From: an uncultured Janthinobacterium sp.
GTDB taxonomy: Bacteria > Vulcanimicrobiota > Vulcanimicrobiia > Vulcanimicrobiales > Vulcanimicrobiaceae
Assembly (NCBI GenBank): GCA_964658025.1
Contig: CAZZXB010000067.1
Coordinates: forward strand, 1-15,134
Length of the DNA: 15,134 nucleotides
Direction: 5' to 3'
Both the position numbers and the translations under genes were made by a program. A model generated the notes under the pieces. That model was given only the letters and a program-made list of their open reading frames with translations. It was not told where the DNA came from and searched no databases. Shown here in pieces: positions 1 to 6,595 of the stretch (position 1 is the stretch's first letter; each line of letters opens with the position of its first letter).

Positions 1-1
1 G

Positions 2-1213
2 CGCGAGATCGTGTCGTTGCAAAACGACCTCTGGGCCGCGGCGCTCTTCGTGGAGTTCGCGTTCGCGAACGACGCGCTCGCCGGTGCGACGCTCTCGCTC
101 GTCAAACCGTCGGGCTTCGCGTTCGCCGCGCTCGTCGCGTCGGTCCGGGGCGCGCGCGCGCGGGTTGCGAACGCGGCGCCCGCGCGGCGGATCGCGAGCG
201 ACGTCGCGTTCGCGCTCGCGCCGTTCGCGCTCTGGATCGCGCGCGACGCCGCGTTATGGAACGGTGCCGTCGTCGCGCCGGCCACGACCTTCGTGCCGCA
301 CGCGTGGCGCACGTCGCTCGCGTTCCACCTCGGCGACGCGTTCGCGGGTGCGCTCGCGGCGTTCGCCCGCGCGGGGCCCGTCTGGGCCGTCGTCGTCGCG
401 TGCTCGCTCGTCGGAATCGCGCGGACGCGCGAGCGAACGACGCGCGCCCTGTGGTTCGGCGCCGTCGCGTGTTACGCGTTCGCGCCGTTCGGATTCGAGA
501 ACGGGACGCCGCAATTCGCGAACGGACAATCGTTTCGTTTCGCGCTTCCGGCGATCGCGATCGGGATCGTCGCGTTCGCGCGTTCGCGCGCGATCTCGCA
601 TCGCGCCGTTCCGTGGATCGCGGGTCTCGCGTGCGCGTTCGGCGTCGCGGAGTGGTGGCGGATCTTCGCGACCGACGCGATGACCTTCGGAACGCCCGGC
701 TTCGTCGCGATCGCCGTCGTCGCGACGACGCGCGGACGCCCGTCGCGCGCCGGGATCGCGGTGCCGTTCGCGTTCGTCGCGGCGGCGGTCGTCGCGGCGG
801 TGATGAACGGGACGCGTCCGATCGCGTACGTCGCGGAGCGCTACGGCGCGCCCGGCCGACCGTCGGGCGCGTTCGCGTGGCTCGCGTCGCACGACGCGCG
901 GCGCGTGGTCGCGTTCGAACTTCCGGCGGGCGCGATCGTAACCGCGGTCCCCGCGGCCGACGTCGGCGACGCGGCGGAGGGGTCCGTCGCGTGCGCGCAG
1001 GCCGCGCGTCTCGGAGCCCTCCTCGTGACGACGAGCGCCGTCGAACGACGACGCGTCTGCGGCCGGAGGCGCTATCGCGACGGGTCGCTCGCGGTCGACG
1101 ATCCGAGCGCGCTCGCCGCGCCCGCGACGCCGCGCTTCGCGACGGACGCGGCATCGAACCGCGCGGCGCCGAGTCCGAGCACGATCCACCAGAGATCGCC
1201 GACCTTCGGATAG
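2..1213 (+). CDS. Polytopic membrane protein, probable GT-C-fold (ArnT/RgtA-like) glycosyltransferase; 5' end lies outside the window
   Basis: The frame is open from position 2 (REIVSLQNDLW...). It has many hydrophobic helices, with 'SLQNDL', 'LVKPSGF' and 'SFRFALP' resembling the xNDL...K...R(Y/F)xLP pattern of GT-C membrane enzymes, then a soluble C-terminal domain. The 3' end overlaps the convergent gene by 142 bp. Confidence 0.55.
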   Translation, partial: REIVSLQNDLWAAALFVEFAFANDALAGATLSLVKPSGFAFAALVASVRGARARVANAAPARRIASDVAFALAPFALWIARDAALWNGAVVAPATTFVPHAWRTSLAFHLGDAFAGALAAFARAGPVWAVVVACSLVGIARTRERTTRALWFGAVACYAFAPFGFENGTPQFANGQSFRFALPAIAIGIVAFARSRAISHRAVPWIAGLACAFGVAEWWRIFATDAMTFGTPGFVAIAVVATTRGRPSRAGIAVPFAFVAAAVVAAVMNGTRPIAYVAERYGAPGRPSGAFAWLASHDARRVVAFELPAGAIVTAVPAADVGDAAEGSVACAQAARLGALLVTTSAVERRRVCGRRRYRDGSLAVDDPSALAAPATPRFATDAASNRAAPSPSTIHQRSPTFG

Positions 1214-2451
1214 AACGCGAGATCGTCGACGATCTGATGGAGTCCGAAGCCGACGCTCGCGGCGAACGCGGCGACGACGAGCGGCTCCGCGAACGGTCCG
1301 CGCGCGAATCGCACGACCGCCGCGACGCTCGTCGCGAGCGTGGCGAACGCGAGCGGGAGTCCGCCTTCGACGAGCGCCTGCAGGTAGAGGCTGTTCGCGT
1401 GGGTCCGTAACGTCGGGAAGCCCGCGCGACCGAGTTCGAGTTCGAAGTTCCCGGCGCCGATGCCGAGCCACGGATGCGCGGCCCAGAGCGCGAAGGCCGC
1501 GCGATAGAGTTCGGAACGCGTGCCGACCGCGCCCGGATCGCTCGCTTCCGCGAGCGTCCAGAAGTGCGCGAGCGCGCCGAAACCGCCCGCGCCGCGGGCG
1601 ATCGCGACGCCCCAGGCGAGCGTCGTCGCGACGCCGCAGAGCGCGCCGACGGCGAGCGCCGCGGTCGCCCCGCGCACCGCGCGTGCGGGCGTGAGCGAGG
1701 CGACGAGTCCGAGGCCCACGACCGCCGCGACGAGCCCCGCTCGCGAGAACGTCGCCACGAGCGCGGCCGCGCCGATCGCGAGCGCCGCCGTCTCGAGCCG
1801 CGTCCGCGAGCGCGCGAAGGCGAACGCGGCGACGACGCAGAGCGCGATGCCGAGATAGGCGCCGAGTTGGTTCGGGCCTTCGAGCGGTCCCGCGACGCGC
1901 GGGATCGGATGGCCGGCGAAACACACGAACGACGGTGCCCCGCGGACCTCTTGCGCGAGGGCGAGCGCGCCGACGACCGCGACGCTTCCGGCGAACGCGT
2001 GGCGGAGCGGCATCCCGGGCGCGTCCGCGCGCGCGGCGACGACGACGGTCGCGAAGAGGGCGAGATATTCGAGGCTCTTGAGCGTCTCGCGGAGTGCCGC
2101 ACCGCGCGCGTCGGCGCTCGCGATCGAGAGCGCCGTCGCGACGACGATCGCGCCCCCGGCCCACAGGAGCGTCCGGGCCGCCGGATCGCCGAGCACGCGT
2201 ACGCGACGCTTCCCGAGCGCGAGACCGAGGATCGTCGCGACGAGCGCGAGCTTCGGGAGCGTGACGAGCGTCGGGCCGACGGCGCGATAGAACGCGAACG
2301 GCGCGAGCGCGACGAGCACGGCGATCGCGATCGACGGACGCTTCCGCGCGACGAGCGCGCAGGCGACGAACGCGAGCGCGTCGATCGCCAGCGCCGTCGC
2401 GCCGAGCGGCGCGGCGTCCGCGATCGGAACCAAGAGCGACGGTCCGCACAC
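1072..2451 (-). CDS. O-antigen ligase / Wzy_C family membrane protein (WaaL, O-oligosaccharyltransferase or polymerase-like)
   Basis: About 12 TM segments with the family motifs 'RVAGPLEGPNQLGAYL', 'TFSRAG', 'R-S-E-L-Y...AHPWLGIGAGNF' and 'HANSLYLQALVEGG'. The exact start codon is uncertain. Confidence 0.88.
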   Translation of the reverse strand: MCGPSLLVPIADAAPLGATALAIDALAFVACALVARKRPSIAIAVLVALAPFAFYRAVGPTLVTLPKLALVATILGLALGKRRVRVLGDPAARTLLWAGGAIVVATALSIASADARGAALRETLKSLEYLALFATVVVAARADAPGMPLRHAFAGSVAVVGALALAQEVRGAPSFVCFAGHPIPRVAGPLEGPNQLGAYLGIALCVVAAFAFARSRTRLETAALAIGAAALVATFSRAGLVAAVVGLGLVASLTPARAVRGATAALAVGALCGVATTLAWGVAIARGAGGFGALAHFWTLAEASDPGAVGTRSELYRAAFALWAAHPWLGIGAGNFELELGRAGFPTLRTHANSLYLQALVEGGLPLAFATLATSVAAVVRFARGPFAEPLVVAAFAASVGFGLHQIVDDLAFYPKVGDLWWIVLGLGAARFDAASVAKRGVAGAASALGSSTASDPSR

Positions 2452-2467
2452 GGAGGCGTCGCTCGCG

Positions 2468-3358
2468 TCAGCGCGGCGCGGCGGGCGGTAAGTTGAAGGG
2501 AACGGGGTTGAACGGCGTGGGGAGCGATCCGCCGAGATTCGGCGAGTTGGGATCGCCGTCGCCCCACGAATACACGGTATCCGTGACGACGCGAACGTCG
2601 GCGTTCTGCACGACGAGCGAATGCGGTTGCGGTTCGAGTCCGCGCTGATCGCGTTCGGCCGAACGCCACGAACCGCGCGTGTAGCGATAGAGTAACTTCG
2701 TGCCGGAATTGAAATTTCGCGTGACGCGATAGTGCAACGAGTCGACGCGGTCCATGCGGATCGCGGTGGCGCTCCAGCCGCTCACGTCGGTCGCGAGGTA
2801 GACGCTATCGGAGAACGCCGTCGCGGTCGGGACTTCCACGGTGAACGTGACGAGCACCGAGCGACCGTTGAAGCCGCCCGACGCCGGCGGTGCGAGATCG
2901 GGATTCGGCGCGAAGGTCGACATCGCGACCGCGTAGCCGCGGATCGCGGCGTAGGTCGAATCGTCGGGCAGGGGCCTCGTCGAGAGCCCGAGCGCGACGA
3001 CGCGTCCGGTCGACGGATCGAAATCCGCGCGCGCGTACACGCGCGTCACGGGCGAGAGCGAGGTCGGACCGCCGGTGCGCGCGTCGACGATCTTCAATCC
3101 GGGATCGGTTCGGAAGCCGTCGCCCGTGGTGAAGAAGACGTAGCCCGCGCGATCGTCGAGGATCTGTCCCGTCCAGGAGACGATCGATCCGGCGGGCCGC
3201 GGCGTCGCCGTCGCGTCGAGCGGCGGCGGCGTGATTCCGCTCGCGAGTGCCGACGGGGTGGCGACGGCGCCGCCGCGCGCGGGCGGCGCGTCGTACGTGG
3301 CGAGCGCGAGCGAGACGGCCACGGCGGCGACGAGCGCGCCGATCGAGCGAGGGCTCAC
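2468..3358 (-). CDS. Secreted protein with a C-terminal CBM20-like (starch-binding-type) domain and no catalytic domain
   Basis: Signal-peptide-like N-terminus, Pro/Thr/Ala linker and small beta-rich N-domain. The C-domain (~2564-2857) reads 'VLVTFTVEVP...VYLATDVSGW...IRMDRVD...YRYTRGSW...DTVYSW', matching the CBM20 pattern. The GTG start overlaps the upstream stop (GTGA, 3355-3358). Confidence 0.75.
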   Translation of the reverse strand: MSPRSIGALVAAVAVSLALATYDAPPARGGAVATPSALASGITPPPLDATATPRPAGSIVSWTGQILDDRAGYVFFTTGDGFRTDPGLKIVDARTGGPTSLSPVTRVYARADFDPSTGRVVALGLSTRPLPDDSTYAAIRGYAVAMSTFAPNPDLAPPASGGFNGRSVLVTFTVEVPTATAFSDSVYLATDVSGWSATAIRMDRVDSLHYRVTRNFNSGTKLLYRYTRGSWRSAERDQRGLEPQPHSLVVQNADVRVVTDTVYSWGDGDPNSPNLGGSLPTPFNPVPFNLPPAAPR

Positions 3359-5328
3359 TTTTCGATCTGCACCGAGAATTGCGGCTGCCAGCGCTGGTAG
3401 CCCGCGAAGTTGAAATAGTACGAGCGGCTCACGTCGATGACGAGTTGCGGCGAGAAACGGTAGCGCACCTCGGCGGTCGCTTGATACGGCGTGGCGCCGT
3501 AGTTCGCGAAGTTGACGCCGTCGCCGATGAGTTGGAGGAAGCCCGGAATCGGCCGCGGATAATCGCGGTTCTCGCGCATCGTCAGGTTGAGCGCGAAGCC
3601 GGGATTCGGCGTGTAGACGATCTGCTGGTCGAACGAACGCGTCGTCGCGAATCCGCGGAATCCGTTGAGCGCGGGGTACGGTTGACCCGTGAACGGATTG
3701 ATCGCGTTCGCGTAGCCCGCGTACGCGTCGGTCTGTTGCGCGCCGAAAAAATCGCTCGTGTTCTGATTCGTGTACGCGAGCACGATCGCGAGCTTTTGCG
3801 GGTTCACGAACTTCGTGAGCGAGAGATTCGTCGTCGTGATGTCGACGTGATGCGGCAACGAGAAGTACGTCCGTTGCTTGTCGAAGCTCCCCGTGAAATA
3901 GACGTCGCGTCTGCGGCCGGTCCGATCGCGCACCACCGGGATCGAACGCGTCGTCACGTTGAAACCGAAGCCCTTATCGTATTCCGACGCGTAGGACTCG
4001 CCACCGAGCGTCTGGAGCGGCGTGATGCCGTTGTGCGCGAATCCGACGAACGACCGTAACTGATAATAGAGCGGCAGGTGGTACGGTTGCTCCCGGATGC
4101 CGACCCACGAGAGCGAAAAATCCGAGGGATGATCCGGGATCCAATTGTGGCTCGGATCGCCGTAGTAATACTCGCCCGTCGAGGGGATGAAGCCGCTCGG
4201 CCGCGCGAGCAGACTATCGTAGAACTGATCGAAACGCGCTTGGAGATACGAGTGCGGCAGGCTCCCCGTGAGCTGCAGATCGCTGATCGCGGTCGCCGAG
4301 AGCGGCGTGTGGAACGCGTGTTGGAACGCGATCTCTTGAAACGCGATCTGCGCCTGGATCCCGGGCGAGATACGATCGAAGCCGAGAAAGTTGTACTGCT
4401 TGAGCGGTCGCGTGAGCGGACTGACCGAGCCGACGAAGTAGCTGTTCGCGCTGAACTGGTGCGCTTCGACCGCGGGGAACACGCCGTTGGGCGAATCGTA
4501 TCGGACGTGCGCCGTGGCGAGTCCGTGACGTCCGCCCGCGAAATCGAGCGGACCGTCGACGTAGGCGCCGGGGAGCGAATTCTGCGCGTAGTACGGATTG
4601 CGCGAAAAATCGAGAAAGTAGCTCGGAAACGTCGGCGATGCGGGTCCGAAATTGATCTTGGCGGGCGCGAACCGAACGCTCTCGCGCGGATCGACGACCG
4701 CGCGATTCGCCGTGAGAAAGATCCGCTCGCCCGAAAGATCGGGGAGGAAGAACGTGTCGCCCGGCATCTCGCGACCGAGCGCCGGATGCCCGTAATCGCC
4801 CGCCACGAACGTCCAACGATCGGGCTCGGCGAGGATCGGCACGAAATAGGCGCGATCGAAATCGAGATACTCCGCGAACGCCGCTCCCGGGATGCGCTTT
4901 CCGCGCGTTTCGACGACGACGTTGCCGGCGACGACGAACCGGTTCAGACGCAAGTCCATGTAGAACGTATTGCCGCTGATGCGCGTTCCGTCGCCGAGGG
5001 CGACGCGAACGTCGTCGTCGGCACCGACGATGAAGCGATTGGAGTAGAAACGAACGGTGCGTGCGGTCAGGCGAAACGGAGCCAGGCGCAGCCCCGTGGG
5101 CGGGGTCGCCGTCGGCGAGGGCTCGGGCGAACCGGTCGTCGCGCGCGCCGCCGGCACGGGCGTCGGCACGGGCGAGCCCGGCGTCGCGGTCGCGAGGGTC
5201 GCCGGCGGGGCGATCGGCGGAGCGGTTTGCGCGTCCGCGGCGTGCGGGGCGAGCGCCGCGCACGCGGCGTACGCGAAAAGGACGGCGGCTCGCCGCGCCG
5301 CGCCGCATGGTATCGAGGGGGGCATCAT
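3355..5328 (-). CDS. LptD/OstA-like outer-membrane beta-barrel protein (~657 aa)
   Basis: Start re-assigned to the ATG at 5328 (MMPPS...); the longer ORF-track N-terminus is a shadow of other features. It has a signal peptide ending ADA|Q, a Pro/Thr linker and an OstA-like beta-jellyroll segment ('FRLTARTVRFYSNRFIVGADDDVRV...ISGNTFYMDLRLNRFVVAGNVVVE'). A long Tyr/Phe/Ser/Asn-rich region of amphipathic beta-strands follows. Confidence 0.65.
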   Translation of the reverse strand: MMPPSIPCGAARRAAVLFAYAACAALAPHAADAQTAPPIAPPATLATATPGSPVPTPVPAARATTGSPEPSPTATPPTGLRLAPFRLTARTVRFYSNRFIVGADDDVRVALGDGTRISGNTFYMDLRLNRFVVAGNVVVETRGKRIPGAAFAEYLDFDRAYFVPILAEPDRWTFVAGDYGHPALGREMPGDTFFLPDLSGERIFLTANRAVVDPRESVRFAPAKINFGPASPTFPSYFLDFSRNPYYAQNSLPGAYVDGPLDFAGGRHGLATAHVRYDSPNGVFPAVEAHQFSANSYFVGSVSPLTRPLKQYNFLGFDRISPGIQAQIAFQEIAFQHAFHTPLSATAISDLQLTGSLPHSYLQARFDQFYDSLLARPSGFIPSTGEYYYGDPSHNWIPDHPSDFSLSWVGIREQPYHLPLYYQLRSFVGFAHNGITPLQTLGGESYASEYDKGFGFNVTTRSIPVVRDRTGRRRDVYFTGSFDKQRTYFSLPHHVDITTTNLSLTKFVNPQKLAIVLAYTNQNTSDFFGAQQTDAYAGYANAINPFTGQPYPALNGFRGFATTRSFDQQIVYTPNPGFALNLTMRENRDYPRPIPGFLQLIGDGVNFANYGATPYQATAEVRYRFSPQLVIDVSRSYYFNFAGYQRWQPQFSVQIEK

Positions 5329-5357
5329 TCTTCCAACTACGAAGCGGCCGGACGTAT

Positions 5358-5370
5358 GACACGATGTGTC
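5358..5370. promoter_or_regulatory. Short palindrome GACAC-gat-GTGTC about 30 bp upstream of the beta-barrel gene; possible operator
   Basis: Perfect 5-bp inverted repeat with a 3-bp spacer in the intergenic region. Function is inferred from position only. Confidence 0.2.
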
Positions 5371-5493
5371 GCGCGTCTCCGGCTCGACATCTTCTCGAAA
5401 GATCGCGCCGCGTCGGCGACGTGTGCGACGGGCCGCGCGAGCGAAAAGTCCGGTAGTAAACAGACGGGCGCGGGGCGCGATCGGGGAGCGGGG

Positions 5494-5814
5494 ATGCACA
5501 CGGACGTTCCGTTTCCGACCTATCCCGAAAGCTTTCCCCCTCGTCTCCCGATCGGTACGCTCGTACGCGAGACGTTTCGCTCCGGCGGCGCGCGTCGCGC
5601 GCGACTTCGCCGCGCGCGCGACGCGTCGCCGGGCATCTCGCCCGCGCGGCCGACGCGAGGGTCGGAACGGAAACGGCCTGCCGCTCCGGCGGTAAGATTT
5701 GCGGACGTCGTGGCGGAAGGGTACGCGAGACGTCGGCGAGAGTCGGCGACGAAGAGGCGACGCGGCGATATGTCGGTCCGTTGCGCCGCGCCGGTTCGGG
5801 TTGTATTGCTGTGA
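5494..5814 (+). CDS. Possible small hypothetical protein (106 aa, MHTDVPFPTYPESFPPRLPIGTLVRETFRS...)
   Basis: The ATG at 5494 is preceded by GGGGAG (5483-5488). The frame is open to the TGA at 5814 and early codons are mostly G/C-ending. No recognisable family. Confidence 0.3.
   Translation: MHTDVPFPTYPESFPPRLPIGTLVRETFRSGGARRARLRRARDASPGISPARPTRGSERKRPAAPAVRFADVVAEGYARRRRESATKRRRGDMSVRCAAPVRVVLL
5582..5632. repeat. GC-rich hairpin: 13-bp perfect stem plus 6-bp outer extension
   Basis: CGCGTCGCGCGCG (5591-5603) pairs with CGCGCGCGACGCG (5613-5625) around a 9-nt loop. CCGGCG (5582-5587) pairs with CGCCGG (5627-5632). Confidence 0.6.
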
Positions 5815-5908
5815 GCGTCGACGATTTGGATACCACGCACGGGCATCGCCGCGATGCGCGCCGTTACGTCTCGCGCGGACCGTTCGCGACGGTCGGTACC
5901 TGCCGCTC

Positions 5909-6595
5909 GTGACGCCGCAGACCGAGGTCAAGCGATTCGGCTCCGCTCCCCGACCGCACGTCGTCGCCCGAAGCGCCGAACGCGCGGTGCCGAAATCGTG
6001 GCTCGCGATCAAGCGCGCGCTCGACGTCGTCATCTCCGTCGTCGCGCTCGCGGCGTGCGCGCCCTTCGTCGCGCTCGCCGCGCTCGCGATCGTCTGCGTC
6101 TCCGCCGGTTCGCCGTTTTTCTTCCAGGAACGCGTCGGTCGCGGCGGTCGACGTTTCCGTTTGGTCAAATTGCGCACGATGGTCGACGGCGCGCATCTCG
6201 CGCACGAGAACCTCTTGCCGTACAGCGAAGTCGACGGCCCCGTGTTCAAACTCCGCAACGATCCGCGGCTCCATCCGCTCGGCAAGATCTTGCGCCGGAC
6301 GAGCCTCGACGAGATCCCCAATCTCGTCAACGTCCTGCGCGGCGAGATGTCGCTCGTGGGGCCGCGGCCGCCGCTTCCGAGCGAAGTCGAACACTACGAC
6401 GATTTCGCGATGCGTCGGCTCGCGATCAAGCCCGGCGTGACGTGCCTCTGGCAGATCTCCGGTCGCTCCAATCTCTCGTTCGACGATTGGATGCATCTGG
6501 ACAACCGCTACATCGATACGTGGACGCCGCTCGGCGATCTCGCGATCCTCGCGAAAACGGTCCCCGCGGTCGTCCGCGGTGAGGGCGCCCATTAA
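5909..6595 (+). CDS. Priming sugar phosphotransferase (monotopic phosphoglycosyl transferase, Bac_transf family; WbaP/WcaJ C-terminal or PglC-like)
   Basis: Motifs 'KRALDVV', 'SPFFFQERVGRGGRRFRLVKLRTM', 'DPRLHPLGKILRRTSLDEIPNLVNVLRGEMSLVGPRP' and 'KPGVTCLWQISGRS'. The GTG start at 5909 is inferred. Confidence 0.92.
   Translation: MTPQTEVKRFGSAPRPHVVARSAERAVPKSWLAIKRALDVVISVVALAACAPFVALAALAIVCVSAGSPFFFQERVGRGGRRFRLVKLRTMVDGAHLAHENLLPYSEVDGPVFKLRNDPRLHPLGKILRRTSLDEIPNLVNVLRGEMSLVGPRPPLPSEVEHYDDFAMRRLAIKPGVTCLWQISGRSNLSFDDWMHLDNRYIDTWTPLGDLAILAKTVPAVVRGEGAH

Noticed and set aside
84..2669. Long Arg/Ser-rich ORFs (84-683, 102-2669, 254-2449, 256-1410, 1474-2496) and similar ORFs across the window
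   Set aside because: Shadow frames of real genes caused by CpG-rich codon bias; no motifs and implausible composition.
5441..5465. GAAAAGTCCGG resembling the RNase P RNA 5' motif GAGGAAAGUCC
   Set aside because: Partial match only; the other conserved RNase P elements (AGUGCNACAG and the 3' ACAGAANCCGGCUUA) are absent.
5688..5699. GGCGGTAAGATT resembling an ops/JUMPStart element upstream of a polysaccharide operon
   Set aside because: Mismatches the GGCGGTAGnnTG consensus, a 7-mer is expected by chance at this GC, and there is no evidence for RfaH.
5699..5908. Extended N-terminus of the sugar transferase in the ORF track
   Set aside because: Non-protein-like sequence crossing an AT-richer, promoter-like patch (5801-5836); the GTG at 5909 gives a family-typical length.
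5329..6330. N-terminal 334 codons of the 991-aa ORF 3355-6330
   Set aside because: They run antisense to the sugar transferase and across the spacer; a clear signal peptide begins only at the ATG at 5328.
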